Of a DNA stretch of 64,000 nucleotides, positions 41,737 through 51,518 are shown in pieces. How positions within the stretch are numbered: position 1 is the stretch's first letter; each line of letters opens with the position of its first letter. The stretch is from positions 1,472,001 through 1,536,000 of the forward strand of contig OZ243956.1 in the NCBI GenBank assembly GCA_965214405.1. Direction: 5' to 3'. This DNA is from Trueperaceae bacterium (lineage in GTDB: Bacteria > Deinococcota > Deinococci > Deinococcales > Trueperaceae). Below the pieces are notes generated by a model. That model worked only from the letters and a program-made list of their open reading frames with translations, did not search any database and was not told the DNA's origin. The translations under genes were made by a program, and so were the position numbers.

Positions 41737-42546
41737 TCAAAGAGCGTCTGCGGAAGGCGGGTGCTTCTCCTCCTGACGCACCGCCCGAAGGTCGCGCAGC
41801 ACCTCCTCGGCGCACGAATGGCGCTCTTCCGGGTTTTTGCGAAAGAGCTGGTCAAAGAGCGCGTCATAGGGTGCCAGCGCCGCGCGGAACTGCGAGGGAG
41901 GTTTGGGCAGCGCGTGACGGTGTGCGCTCAGCACCGCCTCCACACTTCCCGTAAAAGGCACCTCGCCCGTTACGGCGCGGTAGAGGATGACCCCCGCCGC
42001 GTAGAGGTCGCTGCCCGGTAGGGTCCGTTCGCCGCGCGCGCCCTCCGGGCTCAAAAAGGCGGGCGTGCCCTTAAAGCCCCCTCCAGCCGCTCTCCGGTGA
42101 GGGTCGTCCGCGCGCACAGCCAGATCGAAGTCGATAAGGGTTGCGTGGCCGGACGCGTCCACGAGCACGTTCTCCGGCTTGACGTCCTGGTGGATGACGC
42201 CATGCGCGTGGAGGTAACCGAGCGCCTCCAAAAGTCCCGTAAAGGTATCTAAAAACGCGTTTGTCGCACCCTCCTCCGGCCAGGTGAGCGTGCAGCCCTT
42301 TACAAAAGGCGTCAGCACGCCCGGCAGCCCCGCCACCTCCACCTCCCGCAGGACCGGGTTGAGGTGCGGGTGCGTTAAACCTCGCCCCAGCGCCACTTCC
42401 CGCGCCGCGCGCCACCGCAAGGACGCCGGGAAAAGTTTGAGCACCCGCACCACGCGGCGGTCGCTCACCAGGTACACGCGCGTCTGCGCCCCCCGCGCCA
42501 GGCCGCGCAGGATGACGAAGCCGTCGTCAAAGGAGGTGCCGATCAT
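41737..42546 (-). CDS. Stand-alone Hanks-type Ser/Thr protein kinase
   Basis: VLK, IHQDVKPEN, LIDFD, GTPAFLSPE, SDLYAAG. Confidence 0.88.
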   Translation of the reverse strand: MIGTSFDDGFVILRGLARGAQTRVYLVSDRRVVRVLKLFPASLRWRAAREVALGRGLTHPHLNPVLREVEVAGLPGVLTPFVKGCTLTWPEEGATNAFLDTFTGLLEALGYLHAHGVIHQDVKPENVLVDASGHATLIDFDLAVRADDPHRRAAGGGFKGTPAFLSPEGARGERTLPGSDLYAAGVILYRAVTGEVPFTGSVEAVLSAHRHALPKPPSQFRAALAPYDALFDQLFRKNPEERHSCAEEVLRDLRAVRQEEKHPPSADAL

Positions 42547-42698
42547 AGTAATCTAGCCAGCGGTGTACCACGAATGGTGTGTGACTCTGCGTGGGTTTTG
42601 TCACCGACGCAAGAACACTCGCTCGTACACACCTTTTGGGACACCTTTTTATCCTACGCCCCGAGAGGCGGCAAGAGAGCGAAGACTGTTACTTCTGC

Positions 42699-42727
42699 TT
42701 GCGGCACGCTCCACAATTTTGTATCTT
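42699..42727 (+). promoter_or_regulatory. Sigma70-type promoter for the riboswitch/DMT unit
   Basis: TTGCGG (42699-42704), 17-bp spacer, TATCTT (42722-42727). Confidence 0.5.
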
Positions 42728-42737
42728 GATAGAACAA

Positions 42738-42860
42738 CCGTGTGGCTAGGGTTCCGCTTTTAACCGGGGTCTGGACCGAGCGCCATTCAAAGTTGCTTCG
42801 AGCAACCACCATCTGAAGGATAAAAGCCTTGCAGTAGCGCTCTAGCACGGACCACCCGTG
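42738..42860 (+). ncRNA. ykkC/yxkD-family riboswitch, variant
   Basis: CTAGGGTTCCG...CTGGACCGAG core, P2 GTTGC-ttcga-GCAAC, P3 AGG-ATAAAAG-CCT, located upstream of a transporter gene. Confidence 0.8.
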
Positions 42861-42938
42861 TCAATCACGACTGGAGGGCTATGTCATGTTAGGAGTCACG
42901 TTAAACAGCCTCACGCCCTCCGTCGCCAGGAGGTAGAC

Positions 42939-43402
42939 GTGCAAATATCGCTAGCAACTCTCTCAATCGCCTTTGTAGGTGGGCTCGCCATTGCTCTTCA
43001 AGGAACCCTTAACAGTGTAGCCGGACGAGGTCTGGGCGCGGTAGCTACCGGCCTGTTAGTCAACGCCGCCGGAGGCCTACTCTCTATGCTCGTGCTATTT
43101 GCGCTCCGCGGACGCCTCGGCATGGAAGGTTCGTCGCTTCGCTCTTTGTGGCCTGTGGTAGTAGGTTCAGGTGCAATCGGCATCGGCATTATAACGGCAT
43201 TATAACGGCGGTTGCCTACGCATTTCCGCGCACGGGACTAGCCGCGGGATTGGCGACCATCATTTTAGGACAAATGGGCTTCGCGGTCGTTATCGATGCG
43301 CTCGGCTGGACAGGCGTTAGTGTTGCAGTAGATGTCCGGCGCATCTTTGGACTTTTACTTCTCACTGCGGCATTGTGGTTCTTGCTACCCCAACCAAACT
43401 AG
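42939..43402 (+). pseudogene. DMT-family (YdcZ-like) transporter, frameshifted
   Basis: AIALQGTLNS in the first frame; PRTGLAAG...GQMGFAVVIDALGW in a second frame; an 11-bp duplication GGCATTATAAC (43185-43206) sits at the junction. Confidence 0.82.
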
Positions 43403-43427
43403 ATGAGTGAAAAAGCTTGTGGCGGAG

Positions 43428-44231
43428 TTACAAACCTTCGCGGCGCTGCCGCAGCGCCTCATAAACGAGGAGCGCCCCGGCGGTCGCCACGTTGAGCGAG
43501 TCGGCGAGCCCGCGCATGGGGATGGCGACGCGCGTGGACGCAGCCCTCAACCATAAAGGCGACAGCCCCTCGTGCTCGGTCCCCAGCACAATCGCCGTGG
43601 CACCCTGGTAATTGGCGTCCCAAAAGCTCGCGTCGGCCCCCGGCGAGGCGGCCACGAGCTTGAAATCTCGCGCGCTCAGCCACTCGAGCAGCGTAGGCGC
43701 GGCAACCGTCCTTACCGGGCGGGAGAACACGCTGCCCATCGAGGCGCGAATCACGTTGGGGTTGGTGAGGTCGGTGCCCTCGCCGGTCAGGAATACGGCG
43801 TCAAGCCCCGCGCCGTCGGCGGTGCGCAGGAGCGCGCCCAGGTTGCCGGGTTTTTCGAGGCCGTCCAGCACCAGCACGAGCGCGTTTTGAGAAAGCTCGA
43901 GCCCGCCTAACTCACGCGGCTGCACCGCCGCGACCGCCAGCACGCCGTCGGGCGCGTCGCGGTAGCTCACGCGCGAGAAAGCGTCCTGGGAGAGTTCGAC
44001 TGTGTCCACGCCCGCGCTCTCTAATTCAGTTGTGAGCGTGTCACCCTCGGGGCGCATAAAAACAGGGCAGACGTAGAGCGTCAGCAGGGGCACCCCCGCC
44101 TCCCGCGCCCGCCGCGTCTCGCGCGCCCCCTCGATAAGGTAGCGCCCTTCACGGTCGCGCACGCGCCGCTCTTTAAGGCGGACCAGGCCCTTGACCTCGG
44201 GATTTTTGGGGCTCTCGATGCGTTTACGCAT
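43428..44231 (-). CDS. TrmH/SpoU-family RNA methyltransferase
   Basis: EKPGNLGALLRTADGAG, GTEHEGL, IPMRGLADSLNVA. Confidence 0.93.
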   Translation of the reverse strand: MRKRIESPKNPEVKGLVRLKERRVRDREGRYLIEGARETRRAREAGVPLLTLYVCPVFMRPEGDTLTTELESAGVDTVELSQDAFSRVSYRDAPDGVLAVAAVQPRELGGLELSQNALVLVLDGLEKPGNLGALLRTADGAGLDAVFLTGEGTDLTNPNVIRASMGSVFSRPVRTVAAPTLLEWLSARDFKLVAASPGADASFWDANYQGATAIVLGTEHEGLSPLWLRAASTRVAIPMRGLADSLNVATAGALLVYEALRQRREGL

Positions 44232-44311
44232 GAGGCATCTTAACGGCAGGTTTAACGCGGCTCCCGCTCGTTGGACAACCTCGAGACGACCCGCAGAGGG
44301 TAAACTGGCGC

Positions 44312-45148
44312 ATGAGCAACCTTATCAGCGCCCGAGACCTGCACGACCGCTTGAACAACCCCGACTTAGTCGTTATCGACACCCGCTTCGACTTGCAACA
44401 TCCCGACAGAGGCCGCCAGGACTACGGGGCGGGCCACATCCCCGGCGCGGTTTATATGGACTTGGACAAAGACCTCGCCGCCCCGCCCGAAGCGCACGGC
44501 GGGCGTCACCCGCTGCCCGACATGCAGGGGTTTGCGAACACGCTCGAGTGCGCCGGGATAAGCAACAGCAGCGTTGTGGTCGTGTACGACGACAGCAGCG
44601 GCGTTTTTGCAGGCCGCCTCTGGTGGATGCTGCGCTACAGCGGTCACGACGCGGTAAAGGTTTTAGACGGGGGTCTCGGCGCTTGGCAGGAAGCGGGCTT
44701 TGAGACCTCGGCGGAGGTTCCGGTCGCGGAACAAGGCGTGTTTACCCTCGACCTCCGGCCCGAGATGGTCGCGGACATGCGCGAGGTGCGTTCAAAATTA
44801 GAAGACCCCAACACGCTTTTGGTGGACGCGCGCGGGGCCGAACGCTATCGCGGCGACAGCGAGCCGCTGGACAAAAAAGCCGGGCATATTCCCGGCGCGC
44901 TCAACCTGCCTTTTGCCGAAAACTTGCAAGAGGGCCGCTTCAAGAGCGCGGCGGCGCTTAGCGAGCGTTTTGAAGACCTGTCCGAGGCGGAAGACGTCAT
45001 CGTCTACTGCGGCTCGGGCGTCTCGGCGGCGCACGACCTGTTGGCGATGGACGAGGCGGGGTTAAGGAACGCGCGCCTGTACGTCGGTTCCTGGAGCGAC
45101 TGGAGTTCGTATGATGACGCGCCCGTGGCGACGGGCGAGGAGGCTTAA
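44312..45148 (+). CDS. Two-domain rhodanese sulfurtransferase (SseA-like)
   Basis: GHIPGA twice, GRHPLP, YCGSGVSA, YVGSWSDW. Confidence 0.93.
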   Translation: MSNLISARDLHDRLNNPDLVVIDTRFDLQHPDRGRQDYGAGHIPGAVYMDLDKDLAAPPEAHGGRHPLPDMQGFANTLECAGISNSSVVVVYDDSSGVFAGRLWWMLRYSGHDAVKVLDGGLGAWQEAGFETSAEVPVAEQGVFTLDLRPEMVADMREVRSKLEDPNTLLVDARGAERYRGDSEPLDKKAGHIPGALNLPFAENLQEGRFKSAAALSERFEDLSEAEDVIVYCGSGVSAAHDLLAMDEAGLRNARLYVGSWSDWSSYDDAPVATGEEA

Positions 45149-45220
45149 AGGTTGGGGGTCGAGGTTCCTGAAAATCAGACCGAGAACGGAGGCTCGAGCC
45201 CGTCCACTACCGAGATAAAC

Positions 45221-45907
45221 ATGAACGACTCCACTTCCGCAGATTTTGTCACGCGTCTGAACGCCCGTTTGCGCGAACCCGTCAACGCCCTCACGCACTT
45301 CGCGGGCATCCTGCTGAGCCTCGCCGGGCTGGTGCTCTTGCTGGTTTTGTCCAGGGGCGAGCCGTGGCGCACCGCGAGCTTTGCGGTGTACGGCTCGAGC
45401 CTTGTGCTGCTCTACACCGCCAGCACGCTCCTGCACGGTCTTAGAGTTAGTCCGCCTAAAGAGCGGATGCTCCGCACGCTCGACCACGCCGCCATTTTCG
45501 TACTTATCGCGGGGTCTTATACGCCCATCACGCTGGTGACGTTGCAGCGTGACAGCGCGGCCTGGGGCTGGGCGCTTTTCGGTGTCGTCTGGGGCGTCGC
45601 CGCTCTGGGCGTGGTGTTTAAGCTTTTTTGGCTCGCGGCCCCCCGCTGGCTCTCGACCGGGCTTTATCTGTCGATGGGCTGGATGGCGGTGTTTGCGATT
45701 GGCCCCGTGTCGCGTTCTCTCCCGCCCGGCGGCTTGTTCTGGCTGGCGCTGGGCGGGGCTTTTTATTCGGTCGGCGCGGTTGTCTACGCGCTCAAAAAGC
45801 CCAACCTGAAACCGGGCTTCGGCTACCACGAGCTCTGGCACCTGTTCGTGCTGGCGGGCTCCACGAGCCACTTTATGATGATGCTGTTCTACGTGCTGCC
45901 GTATTAA
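45221..45907 (+). CDS. Hemolysin III / PAQR-family membrane protein
   Basis: EPVNALTH, ASTLLH, LDHAAIFVLIAGSYTP, HELWHLFVLAG. Confidence 0.92.
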   Translation: MNDSTSADFVTRLNARLREPVNALTHFAGILLSLAGLVLLLVLSRGEPWRTASFAVYGSSLVLLYTASTLLHGLRVSPPKERMLRTLDHAAIFVLIAGSYTPITLVTLQRDSAAWGWALFGVVWGVAALGVVFKLFWLAAPRWLSTGLYLSMGWMAVFAIGPVSRSLPPGGLFWLALGGAFYSVGAVVYALKKPNLKPGFGYHELWHLFVLAGSTSHFMMMLFYVLPY

Positions 45908-45972
45908 GGCGTGTCAGGGGGATTGACAGGGGGATTGAGTGGTGGGGAGGCAAGGGAAAATCCCCACTTCTC

Positions 45973-46443
45973 CTAGTCCTCGAGCCCCAACGCCGTCCGG
46001 TCGTAATACACCCGCTCGCCCGCGAACTTTTCGGCCTCCGGGTTCCAGGGAAAGTGGATGATGACGTCGAACTCCACGCGTTTGCCCGTTGCTTCGAGCC
46101 CCGCCCACGGCCCCTCATGCGTGCCCGTCAGCGTCGCCACCTCGAACACGCCCTGCGGCCCGATGACCACGTCGTACATGTCGAAATGTACGTCGGGAAA
46201 CGCGCCCAAGAAGCTCGTGTAAAAGGCGCGCGCGCCGTCGTGACCCTCCCAGCGCTCGCCCGTCGGCGCGAGTTCGTACACGCAGTCGGGAGCGAGGGTG
46301 GCGATGAGCCCGTCTAAGTCGCGGGCGTCCTCGGCCTTGGAGTGCGCTATCCACAAGCGCCTGATCTTGTCGTAGAGTTCGGGCGTCACGTCCCGCTTGA
46401 GCCGTTCTTGGATGGTGCTGGACGGGTTGGCTACCGTTCGCAT
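45973..46443 (-). CDS. SnoaL-like ester cyclase / NTF2-fold protein
   Basis: AFPDVHF...GTHEGPWAGLEATGKRVEF...ERVYYD; ATG 46443 behind AGGAGG. Confidence 0.85.
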   Translation of the reverse strand: MRTVANPSSTIQERLKRDVTPELYDKIRRLWIAHSKAEDARDLDGLIATLAPDCVYELAPTGERWEGHDGARAFYTSFLGAFPDVHFDMYDVVIGPQGVFEVATLTGTHEGPWAGLEATGKRVEFDVIIHFPWNPEAEKFAGERVYYDRTALGLED

Positions 46444-46689
46444 GGGTGCCTCCTTCGGGTACCCCTTATACCATCCGGGGCCGTCGCCGAAGGTTACGCT
46501 GTGCGGGCGGGTCGGTTGCGAGCATCTGTAACGCGAGGTTGGGAGGCGAGACGGCCCAGGGCCAGACCGGCGCAACAACGATGAAATTTTTCACAAAACG
46601 TAGCGAAGCACTAAAAGGTGAGAGGGCGCGCTCCTTTAGGATGAGGATGAACTTTCTACAAAAGTAGAAAACTTTTCAAAGGGGGAAAC

Positions 46690-47196
46690 ATGAAAAAACT
46701 ACACGTTTTACTCATTGCTGCTCTTGCCATTCTCTTTGCAGCTTGCGCACCCGTCACGGACGCGGACGACAACGACGCGCTTATCGAGAGCGACGCTCCA
46801 GTCGCCGCCGCAGACTGCTCGGGACTTACAGGCGACTACACCGCCACCCGCTTTGGCTACACCAGCGTAAGCGACCCGGGCGTGACCAGCACGTTTGCCG
46901 ATACCGGCGCGAGCTACCGGCTCGGGTTTAATGACGGCAATTTCAACTCGACTTTCGCCGACCCGCAGACGGGGGCGCTCGAGCAGACAGGCGCTTACGG
47001 TTACGAAGACGACGTGCTCACGCTCGGTGACGACGCGTCGGGGGCGTTCTTTCCGGGAGCCGCGGGCGGCGCGCAGCGTTACAGGTGCGAAGTGCGCGAC
47101 GGCGGCTTCGTCCTCTCGAGCGATGAGCCCGTCGGTTACGACTTCGGCGCGGGCGTTGAAAACGCCGTGTTCGAGGGTGAATTCAGCAGGTTCTAA
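46690..47196 (+). CDS. Hypothetical lipoprotein
   Basis: Lipobox LFAA-C; acidic, beta-rich mature region; followed by a terminator. Confidence 0.8.
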   Translation: MKKLHVLLIAALAILFAACAPVTDADDNDALIESDAPVAAADCSGLTGDYTATRFGYTSVSDPGVTSTFADTGASYRLGFNDGNFNSTFADPQTGALEQTGAYGYEDDVLTLGDDASGAFFPGAAGGAQRYRCEVRDGGFVLSSDEPVGYDFGAGVENAVFEGEFSRF

Positions 47197-47234
47197 GTTA
47201 GCGCGTACAAATTGATGTTGGCGCCCTAACATTC

Positions 47235-47263
47235 AAAACCCCGCCCAAGCAGGCGGGGTTTTT
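47235..47263. terminator. Bidirectional intrinsic terminator
   Basis: AAAACCCCGCC-caagca-GGCGGGGTTTTT between convergent genes. Confidence 0.85.
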
Positions 47264-47287
47264 CTGTTTCCAAGATTTTGTAAAACC

Positions 47288-48071
47288 CTAAAGCTTGTAG
47301 ACAAATCCCGGCCCACCCCGGTACATGCCGCCGTCCACGTTGACGCAAAGCCCGTCCGCGTAAACCTCGGCTTCTGTCACCGCCTCGGCCTCCAAGGCCC
47401 GCCCCTTGCTGATGGGCGTGTGACCGTGGATGATTTTCTGCCCGCCGTAAAGCGATAAGAACCTTTTCGGCCCGCGCTTTTCCCTCTTCGTCCCGAAAGG
47501 CGTTGTGTTCGCCAAAGGCGTCTAGCAGATGGTGAAGCGCCTTTGCGTCGTCTCCTTTTAGAATGGTAGCGAAAGCGGTGTTTACCTCCTCCACCGTCGC
47601 GCCGTACGCTTCGTAAAGGCCCGCGTCGGCGTGGACGAGAAGGGTTTCACCCGCGCGCAGCATCGCGGGTAAGCTCTCCAACCAGGCGACGTGGCGGGGC
47701 GTGAGGTTCTCTAGGTCTTCCTCCGCGCCTCCGTCTTCTCGCCACCGCGCCAGAAAGTCAACCGGGCCGCCTTTTAGAGAAAGGTGACCGAAGCGCCGCG
47801 CCGCGAGTATGAGCACGTCGTGGTTGCCGAGCAGCGCCGCCACCTCTCCTCCCGCCGCCGCGGCCTCCGCCTCGAGCCGCATCGTCAGATCGACCGCGGC
47901 CAGACCGTGCGGGCCGGGCGTCGTGCTGTGACCGAAAAAGTCACCCATGAGAAAGAGCGCCGCGTCCTCGCCCGACCAGGCGAAGGTGCCGTCCACCAAA
48001 CCCGCCCCCTGCAAGAGCCGACAAAAGGAGGCGAACTGACCGTGGACGTCGCCAATCACGTACTGAGCCAC
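47288..48071 (-). pseudogene. Metallophosphoesterase (PPP-like), apparent single-base frameshift near 47464-47467
   Basis: IGDVHG, MGD and GNHD are in one frame; the essential IIHGHTP...VDGG is in another; the switch occurs at an A4 run. May be a sequencing error. Confidence 0.75.
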
Positions 48072-48213
48072 ACCTTAAGCTTAGCAGACGAAGATGGTTC
48101 AGCCATGCGGACGGGTGAGCCGCGTCACACCCGCCGCCCGGCGAGAGTGACAGGCTGGGGGGAATGCTCGAGCCCTCTTCGCAAAGCCAAGCCGCCTATC
48201 GCCGCGTGTTCCG

Positions 48214-49380
48214 GTGAGACGTTTTCTTACCCAGTCTCTCGCGGTGGTCGCTGTCACGTACGCAGCGGGTATGCTCATACTGGCGCTGCTGTGGTCGTTT
48301 GGCCCCACGGATGTGGAGTGGCTCACGCTCTCAAGTATAGCCGCGCCTTTTTTGTTTTTGCCGCTCGTCGCGCTGCTGCCTCTGGCGCTCTTTGTGCGCT
48401 CGAGGGGGTTACGCGGCGCGGTACTCATCCTTTTGGGACTTTTCGCCGTTCTTTTCGGCGCGCGCTTTCTGCCGCCTCGAGCCGCGTCCGCGGAGGGTAT
48501 GTTAACGCTTCGCGTCGTGACCTTTAATCAGCTTTACACGAATGAACGGGTGGAGGAGGTGCTGGACGCGCTTTCGGCTCAGGACGCCGACGTTATCGCT
48601 CTCCAGGAGCTTTCCCCCGCCGTGGCGGACGCTTTGCAGACGCGCCTCAAAGACATGTACCCGTACGCAGACTTTCGCCCCTCCAGGGAAACGGAGGGCG
48701 TCGGCCTCTTTAGCCGCTACCCCATCACCGACGTGATTTACAAGTGGAAGCCTCAGGTGCAGCGCGCGACCGTCAACGTGCGCGGCGCGGACGTGACTGT
48801 CCTTAACGTTCACGCGCCCGCCCCCTACCGCTCCGGCTCCACCGGGCCTTTGGCGGCTTACGACCCGCAGCAGCGCGAGCCGCGTTTTGAAGTGCTGCTG
48901 AGGCGCATCGACGAGGCGACGGGGCCGCTCGTGGTGCTGGGCGACTTTAACTTGAGCGACCGCGAGTGGCGCTACAACGATGTGAGCGCGCGGCTGACGG
49001 ACGTGTTTCGGACGACGGCTCGAGGCTTCGGCTTCACCTACCCCAACTACACGCGCGTGCGCGGCGTGCCGGTGCCGCCTCTCGTCCGCATCGACTACGT
49101 GTGGGCGGGTGGCGGCGTCGTGCCAATAGACGCGAAAGTTGTATGTGAGGGCGGCTCGGACCACTGCATGGTTGTGGCGGAACTTGGCGTGCCTGATGAG
49201 GCGAGGGTAGCGAACGCCAACGCTGAGACATTTTCCGAGAACGTCGCAGAAAGCTCTACCGAAAGCCCCACCAAAAATCCCGCTGAAAATCCCACTGAGA
49301 AGCCTTTTACCATTACCGTCAACTTCACCGCCGCGCCCGCCCCGGACGCCACCGGAGGCGCGGTGGTGCGGACGCCTTAG
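48214..49380 (+). CDS. Membrane-anchored endonuclease/exonuclease/phosphatase (EEP) family protein
   Basis: Three N-terminal TM segments; VVTFN, ALQE, LGDFN, RIDYV, GSDH. Confidence 0.88.
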   Translation: MRRFLTQSLAVVAVTYAAGMLILALLWSFGPTDVEWLTLSSIAAPFLFLPLVALLPLALFVRSRGLRGAVLILLGLFAVLFGARFLPPRAASAEGMLTLRVVTFNQLYTNERVEEVLDALSAQDADVIALQELSPAVADALQTRLKDMYPYADFRPSRETEGVGLFSRYPITDVIYKWKPQVQRATVNVRGADVTVLNVHAPAPYRSGSTGPLAAYDPQQREPRFEVLLRRIDEATGPLVVLGDFNLSDREWRYNDVSARLTDVFRTTARGFGFTYPNYTRVRGVPVPPLVRIDYVWAGGGVVPIDAKVVCEGGSDHCMVVAELGVPDEARVANANAETFSENVAESSTESPTKNPAENPTEKPFTITVNFTAAPAPDATGGAVVRTP

Positions 49381-49388
49381 GGTCTGTA

Positions 49389-50009
49389 TTACCGAATCAA
49401 CATCACGTGGACCACGCCCGGCCCGTGGACGCCCGTCGTCAGCGTGAGCTCGATGTCGGCGGTGCGGCTCGGCCCGGTGGCCTGCACCCAGGCGCTCGGC
49501 AAATTGTCGGACGTTCCATGCTCAAATGTGTGGCGCTCCAACGCCTCCGCCATCGTCGGCACGAGCTGCGACACGCGCAAAAGGGCGATGTGCGTCATCG
49601 GCAGGAGCGACGCCTTGCGGCCCGCGTCGCTCGTCAAAACGAGCGTGCCCGTGTTGGCGACGCCAAACGCCGCGCCCGTGAGGCCCACGTCCGCCAGCGC
49701 GGGGTCCTGGGCTTCGGGGATGGACACGGCGCTCATCACGTCGTCTACGATGGCGTCGCTGCTGCGGATGAACGTCTCTGCGCCAAGGTCGTTGAGCAGG
49801 ACCTCGAGCCCCGCCCGCGCATCCTCCAGGGTGTCAACCACGTAAACATGACCGCCGACAAGTTCCAATTCCTCACAAAATTCCGCCACCAGCACCTCAG
49901 GGTCCCAAGCTTGGAGGGGCTCGAGGAGCGCGGGCGGCGCCTCCGTGGGCGCGCCCTTCTCGCGGTGCAGCGCGTCCCGCACGCGGCCTAAGAAGTCTTC
50001 GCGGGTCAC
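49389..50009 (-). CDS. lutC: Lactate utilization protein C (LUD domain)
   Basis: TGPSRTADIELTLTTGVHGP; last gene of lutABC. Confidence 0.88.
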   Translation of the reverse strand: MTREDFLGRVRDALHREKGAPTEAPPALLEPLQAWDPEVLVAEFCEELELVGGHVYVVDTLEDARAGLEVLLNDLGAETFIRSSDAIVDDVMSAVSIPEAQDPALADVGLTGAAFGVANTGTLVLTSDAGRKASLLPMTHIALLRVSQLVPTMAEALERHTFEHGTSDNLPSAWVQATGPSRTADIELTLTTGVHGPGVVHVMLIR

Positions 50010-51442
50010 GCGGCGTCCCCTTTCGGCTCGTCCTTATCTAACCCGTCACTCCAGAGGTCACGGAAAGACCTTTTGGCCGGGGCCGGAAAATCGCGCTCTC
50101 TCAGCCACTCTTTCAGGACGGGCAGCCAGTCGCCGCCCATGAAGCCGTCGCGGCTTAGGAAACTCCCGCCGAAGCGGCTTAGCTTGGTGCTCGAGTCCCA
50201 CAGAGAAGGCCGCTGGGCGAGAAAAGCGAACGCGCCCATGCTCGCCCGCTCGCCTGGCGCGGTGAGCCCACGCGCGACGGCGCGGCGGCGGTGCTCAATG
50301 AGGAGTTCCGGTAACGGGATTTTGACCGGGCAAACCTCGCCGCACGCGCCGCAGAGCGAACTCGCTTGGGGGAGGTGGGTGGTGGTTTCTAAACCCAACA
50401 ACCCCGGCCCCAGCACCGCCCCGATAGGCCCCGAATAGACCCAGCCGTACGCGTGCCCGCCCACCTGCTGATAGACCGGGCACGAGTTGAGACAGGCCCC
50501 GCAGCGGATGCAGCGCAGCGCGTCGCGCAGCTTCGGGTCGGCCAAAACCGCGCTCCGCCCGTTGTCGACCAACAGGAGGTGGAACTCTTCGGGACCCTCC
50601 GCCTCCTCATCCCGCTTGGCCCCCGTAATCATCGAGACGTACGACGAGGCCTTTTGTCCCGTGGCCGAGCGCGGCAGCACGGACAAAAAGGCGGGCAGGT
50701 CGCGCAGGCGCGGGATAACTTTTTCGAGGCCCATCATCGCCAGGTGGATTTTTGGCAGGGAGGTGGTAAAGCGGATATTGCCCTCGTTCTCGACCAGCAC
50801 AATGGTGCCCGTTTCGGCCACCGCGAAGTTGGCCCCGCTGATGCCCATGTCGGCCTCTAGAAAGCCTTGGCGCAAGACCCGCCGCGCCGCCGCCGTTAAG
50901 GTCGGGATGTCCGCGTCGGGGGCGGTGCCGATCTTCTCGTGAAAAAGCGCGGTGATTTGCTCCTTGGTTTTGTGGATGGCCGGGCCGATGATGTGGCTCG
51001 GGAAATCCTCGTCGATTTGCAGGATGTATTCGCCTAAGTCGGTCTCGAGGGCCGTCACCCCCGCCTCTTCTAAAGCCTCGTTGAGGTGAACTTCTTCGGA
51101 GAGCATCGACTTGGACTTCACCACCGTCTTGACGCCCTTTTGCAGCGCCAGCTCCGTCACAATGCGGCTCGCCTCGGCGGCGTCGGCGGCGAAGTGGACG
51201 GTGCCGCCGCGCTCCTCAACCTTCTCGACAAGCCTCTCCAAATACACGTCCAGATACTCCAGCGTGTGCGCCTTGACCGCGCCGCAGTAGTCGCGGAGGG
51301 CTTCGAAGTTTTCCAGAGCCGCCACCGCGCTCTTGCGCTTGCCCACGAATGCGGTGGTGGCGCGTTTCATGGCGACTGCGAGCTGTTCGTCCCCCAGTGC
51401 CCGCGTGGCGTTGTCCTTAAACGTGTGGGTGGTGATTTGCAT
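50006..51442 (-). CDS. lutB: Lactate utilization Fe-S protein B
   Basis: KSKSM, ETDLGEY, ENEGN, CIRCGACLNSCPVY, LCGACGEVCPVKI. Confidence 0.92.
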   Translation of the reverse strand: MQITTHTFKDNATRALGDEQLAVAMKRATTAFVGKRKSAVAALENFEALRDYCGAVKAHTLEYLDVYLERLVEKVEERGGTVHFAADAAEASRIVTELALQKGVKTVVKSKSMLSEEVHLNEALEEAGVTALETDLGEYILQIDEDFPSHIIGPAIHKTKEQITALFHEKIGTAPDADIPTLTAAARRVLRQGFLEADMGISGANFAVAETGTIVLVENEGNIRFTTSLPKIHLAMMGLEKVIPRLRDLPAFLSVLPRSATGQKASSYVSMITGAKRDEEAEGPEEFHLLLVDNGRSAVLADPKLRDALRCIRCGACLNSCPVYQQVGGHAYGWVYSGPIGAVLGPGLLGLETTTHLPQASSLCGACGEVCPVKIPLPELLIEHRRRAVARGLTAPGERASMGAFAFLAQRPSLWDSSTKLSRFGGSFLSRDGFMGGDWLPVLKEWLRERDFPAPAKRSFRDLWSDGLDKDEPKGDAA

Positions 51443-51518
51443 AGTTCCCGCCAATCTTTGTTACGCGTTCCCAAAGTCTTGCCGTTAAAAGAGATCTACG
51501 AACCGTCAAGCTGAACTG

